In this document: positions 47,031 through 57,901 of the stretch, piece by piece
Layout: each line of letters opens with the position of its first letter
Numbering within the stretch: the first letter of the stretch is position 1
The notes under the pieces: model-generated
What the model was told of the DNA's origin: nothing
The model's input: only the letters and a program-made list of their open reading frames with translations
The model's database searches: none
Source of the DNA: Gammaproteobacteria bacterium
GTDB taxonomy: Bacteria > Pseudomonadota > Gammaproteobacteria > Steroidobacterales > Rariloculaceae
Assembly: GCA_035513215.1 (NCBI GenBank)
Contig: DATKCK010000106.1
Span: 15,651-79,650, forward strand
Reading direction: 5' to 3'
DNA length: 64,000 bases
Program-made: the position numbers and the translations under genes

Positions 47031-47945
47031 ATGCAGTTAGTCATCCTGTCAAAGGATAAGGGTCACCTCGGTCAATTCAGTGCCGGCCGAGCCTGGTTCT
47101 GTCTCGGCATTGCCGCCATCGCCATCTGCGCACTGACCTTCTACGTAGGATTCCGCGTCGCCGCGGCCTTCGGCGTTCACAATCCCGAAGCTCAGGTCGC
47201 CGAGTGGGAGGCGGGGCTCAAGCAGCAGGAGAGGCTCCTCGCCTCGACGCGCGCGGCGCTGCGGCAGAATCTCGATGCGCTGGCGCTGCGAATCGGTCAG
47301 ATGAACGCGCATGTCGTCAGGCTCGACGCGCTCGGTTCGAGATTGACTCTGATGGCGGGCCTCAACGACGGCGAATTCGATTTCAGCACGATTCCGCCGC
47401 TCGGCGGACCCGAGGCGCTCGTCTTCGGCGCCGACGGCAATCAGCTCGGCCGCGTCGTCGAGACCCTCGATCGCCTCGACCTGCAGCTGACGGATCGCAG
47501 CCAGCAGCTCGGCGTGCTCGAGGATCTGCTGCTGAATCGCAAGCTGGCCGATGAGGTGCACCCCGAAGGCCGGCCGGTCACAACCGGTTACATCTCGTCG
47601 ACTTTCGGCGAACGCAGCGACCCGTTCACGGGTCGTCGTGCGTTTCACGAGGGCGTCGATTTCGCCGGCCGCGAAGGCAACGACATCGTCGCCGTCGCTT
47701 CCGGCGTCGTGACCTGGGCCGGCGACCGCTACGGTTACGGCCAGATGGTCGAGGTCAATCACGGCAACGGTTACGCCACGCGCTATGCGCATAACGCCGA
47801 GAACCTCGTCAGCGTCGGCGAGACCGTCAAGCGCGGTGACGTCATCGCGCGGATGGGCGACACGGGGCGCGCTACGGGGCCGAACCTCCACTTCGAAGTG
47901 CTGCGCGACGGGCGAGCGGTCGATCCTCTGACCGTCATCAACTAA
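47031..47945 (+). CDS. M23 family metallopeptidase (membrane-anchored, coiled-coil N-terminal part)
   Basis: 304 aa. N-terminal TM, then the LytM/M23 catalytic motifs HEGVDFAG, GYGQMVEVNHGNGYATRYAH and GDTGRATGPNLHFEV. Confidence 0.88.
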   Translation: MQLVILSKDKGHLGQFSAGRAWFCLGIAAIAICALTFYVGFRVAAAFGVHNPEAQVAEWEAGLKQQERLLASTRAALRQNLDALALRIGQMNAHVVRLDALGSRLTLMAGLNDGEFDFSTIPPLGGPEALVFGADGNQLGRVVETLDRLDLQLTDRSQQLGVLEDLLLNRKLADEVHPEGRPVTTGYISSTFGERSDPFTGRRAFHEGVDFAGREGNDIVAVASGVVTWAGDRYGYGQMVEVNHGNGYATRYAHNAENLVSVGETVKRGDVIARMGDTGRATGPNLHFEVLRDGRAVDPLTVIN

Positions 47946-48122
47946 GTCGCTCGCCTGATTCCACGTTCGTACCGGTCCATGACCGCAGCCCTTCGAGGCT
48001 GCCCAAGGGACCTCTTCCGGCGTGTCGCGCCAACACGCCCTGCGTCCAGGCGCTCCCGTGCGACAGCGCCCTGCAGGAAAAGGGTGTCTGGCCCCCTTTA
48101 CTTGTGGGAGTTCGGTCCCAAT

Positions 48123-51110
48123 ATGGATCGGAAATCCCTAGAATATCGCCTCCCGCCCGCAGCCCAAGGACCTCGTTTGCCCAACTTTGCTACCCACTTC
48201 CTGACCGGCATCTTCGGCAGCCGCAACCAGCGCCTGCTGAAGCAGTACCAGGCCCAGGTCAGCGCAGCCAACGCTCTCGAGGAAAAGATCAAGGCGCTCA
48301 GCGACGAGCGGCTCAGGGAAAAGACCGCGGAGCTCAAGTCGCGTTACCAGGCCGAGGGCAGTCTCGAGCCGGTTCTGCCGGAAGCTTTCGCCGTGGTGCG
48401 CGAGGCTGCCGTGCGGACGCTCGGGATGCGGCATTTCGACGTCCAGCTCATCGGTGGAATCGCCCTGCATCAGGGCAAGATCGCCGAGATGCGCACAGGC
48501 GAGGGCAAAACGCTCGTCGCGACGCTCGCCGCCTATCTCAACGCCCTGACGGGCGGGGGCGTGCATATCGTCACCGTCAACGACTATCTGGCGCAGCGCG
48601 ATGCCGACTGGATGGGGCCGGTGTACCGGTTTCTCGGGCTCGAGGTTGGCGTGGTCAAGAGCGGACAGTCGACCGAAGAGAAACGCCGGGCCTATGCGGC
48701 AGACATCACCTACGGCACGAATAATGAGTTCGGCTTCGACTACCTGCGCGACAATCTGGCCTTTCGCGTGGAGGACAGGGCGCAGCGCAAGCTGTCCTTC
48801 GCGATCGTCGACGAGGTCGACTCCATCCTGATCGACGAAGCGCGCACTCCGCTGATCATCTCGGGAAGGTCCGAGGAGAGCACCGAGCTCTACGTGCGCA
48901 TCAACGCCATTATTCCGAAGCTGAAGCCACACGTTGTCCCGGCAGGGCCGACCAACGAGGCCATCGAGGCTCCGAAGGTCGATGTGATCGGAGTCGGGGA
49001 CGAGCAGCTCGGTGTCATGTCACGCGCCGAGGCCCTGGCGAAGGCCGAGGACGGCGGCCATCACCTCGTCGTCGTCGATCAGCAGGCGAGGCCCGCGAGG
49101 GCGAAACTCTTCGTGCCGGGCGACTACACGGTCGACGAGAAGGCGAAGCAGGCTCATCTGACCGAGGAGGGCCACGACCGCATCGAGGGGCTCCTGACGC
49201 GAGCCGGAATCCTCGAGGCCGGACAGAGTCTCTACGACCCGGCCAATATCCGGCTGATGCACCACCTGACGGCGGCGCTCAGGGCCCATGCGCTCTACAA
49301 GCGCGAGGTCGACTATATCGTCAGCAATGACGAGGTCGTCATCGTCGATGTGTTCACGGGCCGGACCATGCCCGGAAGGCGCTGGTCGGACGGGCTGCAT
49401 CAGGCAATCGAGGCGAAGGAAGGCGTGCGCGTCAAGGAAGAGAATCAGACCGTCGCGTCGATCACCTTCCAGAACTTCTTCAGGCTCTATTCCAAGCTCG
49501 CCGGCATGACAGGCACGGCCGATACCGAAGCCTTCGAGTTCCAGCAGATTTACGGTCTGGAGGTCGTCGTCATTCCGACGCACAAGGAAATGATTCGGCT
49601 CGACGCGCCGGATCTCGTTCACCTCACCGAAGACGACAAATTCGATGCGATCCTCGACGACATCGCCGATTGCCGCGAGCGCGAGCAGCCCGTGCTCGTC
49701 GGCACGACGTCGATCGAGACGTCGGAGCTGCTGTCGGCCAAGCTCAAGAAGCGCGGTATCCCGCATAACGTGCTCAACGCCAAGTACCACGAGCGCGAAG
49801 CCGAGATCGTCATGCAGGCCGGGCGGCCCGGGGCCGTGACCATCGCGACGAACATGGCCGGCCGCGGCACCGATATCGTGCTCGGCGGCAGTCTCGCGGC
49901 CGAGAAGGAAGCGCTCGGGCCTGACGCCGATCCCGAGGGGATCTCAGCGCTTACAGCCGACTGGAAAGAGCGCAACGCCAAGGTTCTCGAGAAGGGCGGG
50001 CTCCATATCGTCGGGACCGAGCGGCACGAATCGCGGCGCATCGACAACCAGCTCCGGGGCCGCTCGGGCCGGCAGGGCGACCCGGGCTCGAGCCGCTTCT
50101 ATCTGTCGATGGAAGACAGTCTGATGCGCATCTTCGGCGATCCCGAGCGCACCAAGCGGCTTTTGTCCGTCGCCGGCATGAAACAGGGTGAGGCGATCGA
50201 AAGCCGCCTGCTGTCGCGGCAGATCGAGCGTGCCCAGCGCAAGGTCGAGGCGCACAACTTCGATATCCGCAAGCAGCTCCTCGAGTACGACGACGTCGCG
50301 AACGATCAGCGCAAGGTGGTCTATCAGCAGCGCACCGAGCTGATGGACGCCGACGACGTCGCCGATGCGATCGCCGGCATTCGCGAAGAGGTCGTCGACG
50401 ATCTCGTTGCCGAGTACATCCCGCCCGAGAGCGTCGAGGAGCTATGGGACCTCGAGGGGCTGACGAAGGCGCTCGAGCGCGAGTTCGGCCTTTATCTCGA
50501 CGTCGCCCAGATGGTCGAGCAGGACGAAACGCTGAGCGAGAGGGAGATCGCCCGGCGCGTGCTCGAGGCGATCGTCGCGGCCTACGAGGCCAAGACGGCT
50601 TCCGTCGGCGAGCCCGTCATGCGCGAGCTCGAGAAAGTCGTGATGCTGCGTCAGCTCGATTCGCACTGGAAGGAGCACATCGGCGCGCTCGACTACCTGC
50701 GGCAGGGGATCGGTCTGCGCAGCTTCGCGCAGCGCAATCCGAAGCAGGAATACAAGCGCGAAGCCTTCCAGATGTTTTCGGACATGCTCGATCGGGTCAA
50801 GCGCGAGACAATCGCGATTCTCTCGAGGGTCGAGATTCGCAGGCCGGAGGACGTCCGCGCCGCCGAGGCCCCGAGGCCGGCGCCGGGATCGCTGAGCTTC
50901 CAGCATGCCCAGCCGCCCGGGCTGGCTCAGGCAGCGCCGCGACTGCCGGAGGGTCAGGCACCGCCGGCCGCAACGGCCGGTCAGCCGCGTCGGCCGGCGG
51001 CCGCGCCGGTCGAGCCGTTCGTCCGTGAGCAGCCGAAGGTCGGGCGCAATCAGCCTTGTCCGTGCGGCTCGGGGAAGAAATACAAGCAGTGCCACGGGCG
51101 CCTGAGCTGA
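48123..51110 (+). CDS. secA: preprotein translocase ATPase SecA (with an atypical ~50-aa insertion, see findings)
   Basis: [65 protein letters not shown], and the C-terminal zinc site [14 protein letters not shown]. The track ORF starts at 47979. The first in-frame ATG is 48123, and an in-frame TTG at 48177 would give an N-terminus closer to typical SecA. Confidence 0.95.
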   Translation: MDRKSLEYRLPPAAQGPRLPNFATHFLTGIFGSRNQRLLKQYQAQVSAANALEEKIKALSDERLREKTAELKSRYQAEGSLEPVLPEAFAVVREAAVRTLGMRHFDVQLIGGIALHQGKIAEMRTGEGKTLVATLAAYLNALTGGGVHIVTVNDYLAQRDADWMGPVYRFLGLEVGVVKSGQSTEEKRRAYAADITYGTNNEFGFDYLRDNLAFRVEDRAQRKLSFAIVDEVDSILIDEARTPLIISGRSEESTELYVRINAIIPKLKPHVVPAGPTNEAIEAPKVDVIGVGDEQLGVMSRAEALAKAEDGGHHLVVVDQQARPARAKLFVPGDYTVDEKAKQAHLTEEGHDRIEGLLTRAGILEAGQSLYDPANIRLMHHLTAALRAHALYKREVDYIVSNDEVVIVDVFTGRTMPGRRWSDGLHQAIEAKEGVRVKEENQTVASITFQNFFRLYSKLAGMTGTADTEAFEFQQIYGLEVVVIPTHKEMIRLDAPDLVHLTEDDKFDAILDDIADCREREQPVLVGTTSIETSELLSAKLKKRGIPHNVLNAKYHEREAEIVMQAGRPGAVTIATNMAGRGTDIVLGGSLAAEKEALGPDADPEGISALTADWKERNAKVLEKGGLHIVGTERHESRRIDNQLRGRSGRQGDPGSSRFYLSMEDSLMRIFGDPERTKRLLSVAGMKQGEAIESRLLSRQIERAQRKVEAHNFDIRKQLLEYDDVANDQRKVVYQQRTELMDADDVADAIAGIREEVVDDLVAEYIPPESVEELWDLEGLTKALEREFGLYLDVAQMVEQDETLSEREIARRVLEAIVAAYEAKTASVGEPVMRELEKVVMLRQLDSHWKEHIGALDYLRQGIGLRSFAQRNPKQEYKREAFQMFSDMLDRVKRETIAILSRVEIRRPEDVRAAEAPRPAPGSLSFQHAQPPGLAQAAPRLPEGQAPPAATAGQPRRPAAAPVEPFVREQPKVGRNQPCPCGSGKKYKQCHGRLS

Positions 51111-51568
51111 GCGAAGCCGGCGCGCAGGTCGATGCGCTCGATGTCATCGTCGGCATCGTTCGTGATTCCGCCTCGAGAGTCCTGATCGGCCAGAGACCCG
51201 AAGGCAAGCATATGGCGGGCTTCTGGGAGTTTCCGGGCGGCAAGCTCCTGACGGGCGAGCCGCCGTTGGCCGGTCTGAAGCGCGAGCTCTACGAGGAGCT
51301 CGGCATCGTCGTCGGGGCCGCGGAGCCGTTCCTCGAGCAGACCCATCGGTATCCGGAGCGCGCGGTGAAGCTCGATATCTGGTGGATTCTGGACTATGCC
51401 GGCGAGGCCAGGTCGCGCGAGGGGCAGCGGCTGCGCTGGGTCGACGGCGACGAGCTCGCCGAAGCGCCGTTGCTGCCGGCCGACGCTCCGATCGTCGCCG
51501 CCGTGCGTAAGCGGCTCGCCCTGGGAAACTCCGGGGCGATTGCTAGCAAAGCGCCAGAAAGAACGTAA
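51089..51568 (+). CDS. mutT: NUDIX hydrolase, MutT (8-oxo-dGTP diphosphatase) type
   Basis: NUDIX box [24 protein letters not shown] preceded by WEFPGGK. The start is uncertain: GTG 51089 or ATG 51056, and both overlap the secA 3' end. Position after secA as in E. coli. Confidence 0.75.
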   Translation: MPRAPELSEAGAQVDALDVIVGIVRDSASRVLIGQRPEGKHMAGFWEFPGGKLLTGEPPLAGLKRELYEELGIVVGAAEPFLEQTHRYPERAVKLDIWWILDYAGEARSREGQRLRWVDGDELAEAPLLPADAPIVAAVRKRLALGNSGAIASKAPERT

Positions 51569-52346
51569 CGTCGCCGACCGTCTGCCTGGCGCGCTGCTCC
51601 GTCCCCTGCCATTCGACGAAACGAACCGTGAACCGGTGCTGGCCGGCGCTGATCTCCGGATACAGGCCCGAGGCCCTCGCGACGAGGACGCGGATCAGCT
51701 CGACGTTCTCTTCCTTGCCGAGCGTATGCTGGTAGAGGCCGCGCTCGGCCAGCGTCCTCGCCGGCGTGCTCGCCTCGCGCGTGAGCCAGAGGATCTGGTC
51801 GATCGAATCGCAGAGCGGCTTGAGATGGCCGAGCCAGCTCCGAAGCTGCTCGGATCGCTCGGACCGCGGCAGGTTGAGCCAGTAGCCGTAATCCGGTAAA
51901 TCGAACATGCAGGTGCCGCCCGGGATCGAGCTGCGATGCCGAATCGCGCTCAGAAACTCGTTCTCGCGCAACGGAGCCAGGAACTGCTTGCCGGCGTCCG
52001 ATAGCGCCCGCCTTATTCCGTCGACCTCCTTGATGAGGCGAGCCAGGCGATCGGCGTCGACGCCCGGGCTTTGCCGGAAATGGCTAAGCCGGAGCATGTG
52101 CCGGTCGAGCTCCTTGAGCGCATCGGCGCGAATGTCGCCGCGCCCCGTGATGGCAAGGATTTCGAGCAGGTTTGCGATCGCGGCGCGGGCGGCGTAGGCG
52201 GCTTCCTGCCGCGAATGGAGCAGCGCCTGGCTGTGCAGGAACTCCACTCGCAGGAACGTACGCATGCGCTCGCTGAGCGGCTGCTCGAACGCGATCAGGC
52301 GGTTCTCGGCGCGGGCTCCTGGTTCGTTCTGTGGCGCTTCGACCAT
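51543..52346 (-). CDS. zapD: cell division protein ZapD (YacF, DUF1342)
   Basis: 267 aa. IAFEQPLSERMRTFLRVEFL is typical of the ZapD N-terminus. Downstream of coaE as in E. coli. Its 3' end overlaps the mutT 3' end by 26 nt. Confidence 0.88.
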   Translation of the reverse strand: MVEAPQNEPGARAENRLIAFEQPLSERMRTFLRVEFLHSQALLHSRQEAAYAARAAIANLLEILAITGRGDIRADALKELDRHMLRLSHFRQSPGVDADRLARLIKEVDGIRRALSDAGKQFLAPLRENEFLSAIRHRSSIPGGTCMFDLPDYGYWLNLPRSERSEQLRSWLGHLKPLCDSIDQILWLTREASTPARTLAERGLYQHTLGKEENVELIRVLVARASGLYPEISAGQHRFTVRFVEWQGTEQRARQTVGDVTFFLALC

Positions 52347-52350
52347 CGCA

Positions 52351-52974
52351 CTATTCTGCGCGACCTTGCGTCCCCGGGCAATTTTGGGCGAGCCTCAAGT
52401 AGCTCGCGTGAAGGGCCGCGACGCCGTCGCGTGTGGCCTCGATCGTCGTGCTCGAGTCGATGATGTCATCGGCGAGGGATTGCCTCTCGGCCCGTTCCAT
52501 CTGCGCATCGATGATGGCGCGGGCTTCGTCGCGGTCGGTTTCGTCGCGGGCCATGAGCCTTTCGATCTGTAGCGCCTCGGGACAATCGACGGCGACGGTG
52601 CGCTCGACGAGCCGGTCGAACCCGGACTCGAACAGCAGCGGCACGACGAAGATCACATAGGGCCCCGCACACCCGGCCGATCTCGCAAGCGCCGTCTCCC
52701 GAATCCGGGGGTGAAGAATCGCCTCGAGACGGTGTCGCCGATCGGCATCACCGAAGACGATACGGCGCATCAGGTGCCGGTCGAGCGTGCCGTCGGGGCC
52801 AAGAACGCTCTGACCGAAGGCCTCGACGATCTCGCCAAGGACCGGTCCGCCGGGAGCGACGAGCTCCCGCGCGATGGCGTCGGTATCGATGACACAGACC
52901 CCGAGCTCGGCGAACATAGCAGCCACCGTCGATTTTCCGCTGGCAATGCCGCCGGTCAGGCCGATGCGGAGCAC
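52351..52974 (-). CDS. coaE: dephospho-CoA kinase
   Basis: I trimmed the track ORF (52351-53652, 433 aa) to GTG 52974, 2 nt after the pilD stop. VLRIGLTGGIASGKST P-loop and VVPLLFE. The upstream part of the track ORF overlaps pilD in another frame and is an artefact. Confidence 0.9.
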   Translation of the reverse strand: MLRIGLTGGIASGKSTVAAMFAELGVCVIDTDAIARELVAPGGPVLGEIVEAFGQSVLGPDGTLDRHLMRRIVFGDADRRHRLEAILHPRIRETALARSAGCAGPYVIFVVPLLFESGFDRLVERTVAVDCPEALQIERLMARDETDRDEARAIIDAQMERAERQSLADDIIDSSTTIEATRDGVAALHASYLRLAQNCPGTQGRAE

Positions 52975-52976
52975 GC

Positions 52977-53876
52977 TTATCCCGTCAGGCTCAGGTACCA
53001 GCTCATGATATCCCGGCCGAACAGCAGGGCCAGCCAGCCGGCGCCGGCGAGATACGGGCCGAACGGGATCTCGGCCTGCCGCGAGCGCTGGCCGGTCAGG
53101 ATCAGCGAGAGGCCGACGATCGAGCCGACGGCGGCCGAGAGCACGATGACCAGGGGCAGGAGCTGCCAGCCGAGCCAGGCGCCGAGCGCCGCGAGCAGCT
53201 TGAAGTCCCCGTACCCCATGCCTTCCTTGCCGGTGACGAGCTTGAATATCTGATAGACGCTCCAGAGGCTGAGATACCCCGCCGCCGCGCCGATGACGCT
53301 CGATCGGAGATCGGGCCCGGCGAAAACCGGAGCACCGTCGATCCGAACCAGGGTCAAGATAATGCCGATCCAGAGCAGCGGCAGCGTCATGCTGTCCGGC
53401 AAAAGCTTGTGGTCGAGGTCGATCAGCGACAGCGCGATCAGATACCAGGTGAGAACGAGCGCGGCCGGCGTGGCCCACGTCGCGCCGAATCGGATCGCAA
53501 CGACGACGCTCAGAATCCCGGTCAGCGCCTCGACGATCGGATAGCGCGGCGATATCGCTGCTCGGCAGTGGCCGCAGCGGCCCTTGAGCAGGAGGTAGCT
53601 CAGGATCGGAACGTTCCGGCTCGCCGGGATCGGGTGACGGCAATGGGGGCATCGGGACCGGGGCGAGACCAGGTCGAAGCGCTCTTCTTCGACGGGGGGC
53701 GCGCCGTGCGCTTCGGCCGCCTCGGCCCGCCAGGCGCGCTGCATCATCAGCGGCAGCCGGAATGCCACGACGTTGAGAAAGCTGCCGACGACGAGCCCGA
53801 TCGCGAGGCTCGCGACGATCAGGGCCGGTGGCCAGACCTCGAAGATGTCCAAAACGGCGGTGTCAGACCACGGCAC
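52977..53876 (-). CDS. pilD: prepilin peptidase / N-methyltransferase (A24 family)
   Basis: 299 aa. Cys-rich cytoplasmic segment CPHCRHPI...CGHCR, catalytic Asp motifs (DLDHKLLPD and GYGDFKLLAALGAWLG), and multiple TMs. Confidence 0.93.
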   Translation of the reverse strand: MPWSDTAVLDIFEVWPPALIVASLAIGLVVGSFLNVVAFRLPLMMQRAWRAEAAEAHGAPPVEEERFDLVSPRSRCPHCRHPIPASRNVPILSYLLLKGRCGHCRAAISPRYPIVEALTGILSVVVAIRFGATWATPAALVLTWYLIALSLIDLDHKLLPDSMTLPLLWIGIILTLVRIDGAPVFAGPDLRSSVIGAAAGYLSLWSVYQIFKLVTGKEGMGYGDFKLLAALGAWLGWQLLPLVIVLSAAVGSIVGLSLILTGQRSRQAEIPFGPYLAGAGWLALLFGRDIMSWYLSLTG

Positions 53877-55080
53877 CCATCTTGAATATCGGCAGGTACA
53901 TGGCGATGACGAGACCGCCGACGAGAACGCCCAGTATCGCCATGATCAGCGGTTCGAGCAGGCTCGACATGCTGTCGACGGCGTTGTCGACTTCTTCCTC
54001 ATAGAAATCCGCGACCTTGGCCGACATGTCGTCGAGCGAGCCCGATTCCTCGCCGACGGCAATCATCTGGTTGACCATGTTCGGGAAGAGGTCGGTATTC
54101 TCCATGGCGCGCTGAAGGCGCTGACCGGTTGCGACCTCGTCGCGCATCTGGTGCACGGCCGTCTCGTAGACGATGTTGCCGGTGGCGCCCGCGACCGAGT
54201 CGAGAGCCTCGACCAGCGGCACGCCGGCCGCAAACGTCGTCGAAAGCGTACGCGCATAGCGCGCGATCGCCGACTTGTTCAGGATCGGGCCGATGATCGG
54301 TATGCGCAGCACGAGCCGATCCAGGAAATGCCGCAAGGCGCGGGAGCGCTTCTTGAAATAGAAGAACGCGGCGACGACGGCAGCCATGACGATAACGATC
54401 AGCCAGCCCTGATTCTGCACGAAGTTCGAGATATCGATGACGAATCGCGTGAACGCCGGGAGGTCGGCACCGAAGCCCTGAAACAGCGACTCGAACTCCG
54501 GAATGACGAAAATGAGCAGGATGGCCGTGACGATGAACGCGACGGCGACGACGGCGGCCGGATAGAAGAGCGCCTTTTTGACCTTCTTCTTGATGGCCTC
54601 GGTCTTTTCCTTGTAGGTCGCGATCTTGTCGAGCAGCGTCTCGAGCGCGCCGGCCTGCTCGCCGGCGCTGACGAGATTGACGAAGAGATCATCGAAATGC
54701 AGCGGGTGCTTTGAGAGCGCGTTGGCGAGCGTGGTGCCGCCCTCGATGTCACCCTTAATCGCCAGAATCAGCTTTTGCATCGCCGGGTTATCGTGTCCGG
54801 CGCCTACGATGTCGAAGGACTGCACGAGCGGAATGCCGGCGGACATCATCGTCGCGAGCTGGCGCGAGAAGATCGCGATGTCGGCCGTCGTGACCTTGCC
54901 TTTGTTCTGGAACAGCGTGCTCTGCTTGCGCACGCGGGTAGCGACGACACCCTGGCGTCTGAGCTCCGTGCGCACGGCGGCCTCGTTGCTCGCAACGACC
55001 TTGCCTCTGACCTTCTTGCCGGCGCGGTCGGTCCCTTCCCAGCTGAAGGGAATATTCTTGATCGCAGCTGATTGAGCCAT
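53863..55080 (-). CDS. pilC: type IV pilus assembly platform protein PilC (GspF family)
   Basis: 405 aa. Duplicated GspF domains (FSRQLATMMSAGIPL..., ARTLSTTFAAGVPL...), with three TM regions. Confidence 0.93.
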   Translation of the reverse strand: MAQSAAIKNIPFSWEGTDRAGKKVRGKVVASNEAAVRTELRRQGVVATRVRKQSTLFQNKGKVTTADIAIFSRQLATMMSAGIPLVQSFDIVGAGHDNPAMQKLILAIKGDIEGGTTLANALSKHPLHFDDLFVNLVSAGEQAGALETLLDKIATYKEKTEAIKKKVKKALFYPAAVVAVAFIVTAILLIFVIPEFESLFQGFGADLPAFTRFVIDISNFVQNQGWLIVIVMAAVVAAFFYFKKRSRALRHFLDRLVLRIPIIGPILNKSAIARYARTLSTTFAAGVPLVEALDSVAGATGNIVYETAVHQMRDEVATGQRLQRAMENTDLFPNMVNQMIAVGEESGSLDDMSAKVADFYEEEVDNAVDSMSSLLEPLIMAILGVLVGGLVIAMYLPIFKMGAVV

Positions 55081-55130
55081 CTGTTAGCGTCTCCCGAAGA
55101 GTCCGGGGGTCGAACTGGGCGCCGAAACGC

Positions 55131-56855
<1,725 letters not shown>

Positions 56856-57042
56856 CGGCGGTGCTTACGGCTCAATTTGTCGCTGGCAGAGAGCTTGGTA
56901 CTTTCACCGTTGAGGCCTGAACCTGTCAACTTCCGAGTGCCTCTTTTGTGACAGAGATTTAACTTATCCCACGCCCCGGTAAGGGGTATCGGGCGGGGGT
57001 CCCAAGGCCGGCCGAGCGTGCCCCCGGAGAGCATCTGTCGCC

Positions 57043-57080
57043 AAAAAAAGACAAGCCCCGCCGGGGTCCGGCGGGGCTTG
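57043..57080 (-). terminator. rho-independent terminator downstream of pilA
   Basis: On the minus strand, AAGCCCCGCCGG-ACC-CCGGCGGGGCTT is followed by GTCTTTTTTT, 54 nt after the pilA stop. A 12-bp GC-rich stem plus a U-tract. Confidence 0.85.
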
Positions 57081-57133
57081 AGCCTTGGTTCCCGCGGGCT
57101 CGAGACCCGTGCCCCGAGTCCGCAGCTAAGGTC

Positions 57134-57634
57134 TTAGCCGCGGCAGTTGGCCGGGCGGTACTTCTGCTCGACGCTACCGCCTGCGCCCTGAGCGGCCGCG
57201 GTTCCACCCGACGCGACGACCAAACCAGAGCCCATCTGCCAGCTACCACACTGCCAGGAGACGTCGCCGTTCACGCTCGTGAACGGTGTCAGTGTTAACG
57301 TGTCATTCGCAATGTTGCTGTGGGCCTGATGGCCGTACATGATCGTGATCAGACCGGGGTTGCTGACACCAACCGAAAGCACATACTTACCGCTGATGTC
57401 CGTCGCGTTGGTAGAGAGGCCGGCTTCCGCGTTGCTGGTCGGCCAGTTGCTCGTCGAGCTGAACGTCTCGGCGATGGCCGTCTTGGCCGAGCTCGCGAGG
57501 TTCAGGCCTTCAGTGACCTGCGCGCGGATCGTGTAGTCCTGGTAGGCCGGGATCGCGATCGCCGCAAGAATGCCGATGATCGCCACGACGATCATCAATT
57601 CGATGAGGGTGAAACCCTGTTGAACTTTCTTCAT
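57134..57634 (-). CDS. pilA: type IVa major pilin
   Basis: 166 aa. Class III signal [34 protein letters not shown], with Glu at +5. Two C-terminal Cys (residues 129 and 164). AGGAG lies upstream of the ATG. Confidence 0.93.
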   Translation of the reverse strand: MKKVQQGFTLIELMIVVAIIGILAAIAIPAYQDYTIRAQVTEGLNLASSAKTAIAETFSSTSNWPTSNAEAGLSTNATDISGKYVLSVGVSNPGLITIMYGHQAHSNIANDTLTLTPFTSVNGDVSWQCGSWQMGSGLVVASGGTAAAQGAGGSVEQKYRPANCRG

Positions 57635-57714
57635 TTCCGTGAAACTCCTGAGTACGTTGCTTGGGTCGTAAAGCCAGACCGATGGCGAGGCATCGCATCT
57701 TGTCTATGGGGAAT

Positions 57715-57730
57715 TGCAATCCCCGTGCCA
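57715..57730 (-). promoter_or_regulatory. sigma-54 (-24/-12) promoter of pilA
   Basis: The minus strand reads TGGCAC-GGGGA-TTGCA, an exact match to the TGGCAC-N5-TTGCW consensus, about 80 nt upstream of the pilA ATG. Confidence 0.85.
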
Positions 57731-57848
57731 ACGATGCCGTGAATATGTCTCCTGGCCCGCAAATCCTTAGGGGCGGTCGTCCTAGCGACGCCCGGCCCGA
57801 ACCCGTTGAACATATTGCCCGTTCACAGAGCCTGGCCCTAGACCCAAA

Positions 57849-57865
57849 ACGTCAGAAACTGACGT
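57849..57865. repeat. perfect palindrome ACGTCAG-AAA-CTGACGT between pilR and the pilA promoter
   Basis: 7-bp arms with a 3-bp spacer. On the minus strand it is followed by TTTTGGG. It lies 37 nt after the pilR stop and about 120-135 bp upstream of the sigma-54 promoter. Confidence 0.6.
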
Positions 57866-57901
57866 ATATCGGCACGCACCGAGGCGATGTCACAAGGGGA
57901 T

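Noticed and set aside
47979-48122. Possible secM-like leader peptide or a genuine long N-terminal extension of SecA.
   Set aside because: There is no separate small ORF with a signal peptide or arrest motif. The in-frame extension ([26 protein letters not shown]...) looks like non-coding GC-rich sequence translated by chance. The ambiguity is kept only as a low-interest note.
52351-53652. Apparent 433-aa fusion ORF extending coaE far upstream. Similar N-terminally over-extended track ORFs exist for petC (22735), murE (31833), murD (36033), murG (37924), rsmH (29400), lptB (to 18307), patatin (11899) and secA (47979).
   Set aside because: The extensions overlap the preceding, well-supported gene in another frame and lack homology to the family. 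In each case a start codon sits at or next to the upstream gene's stop (ATGA/TGATG-type coupling). I trimmed the coordinates accordingly.
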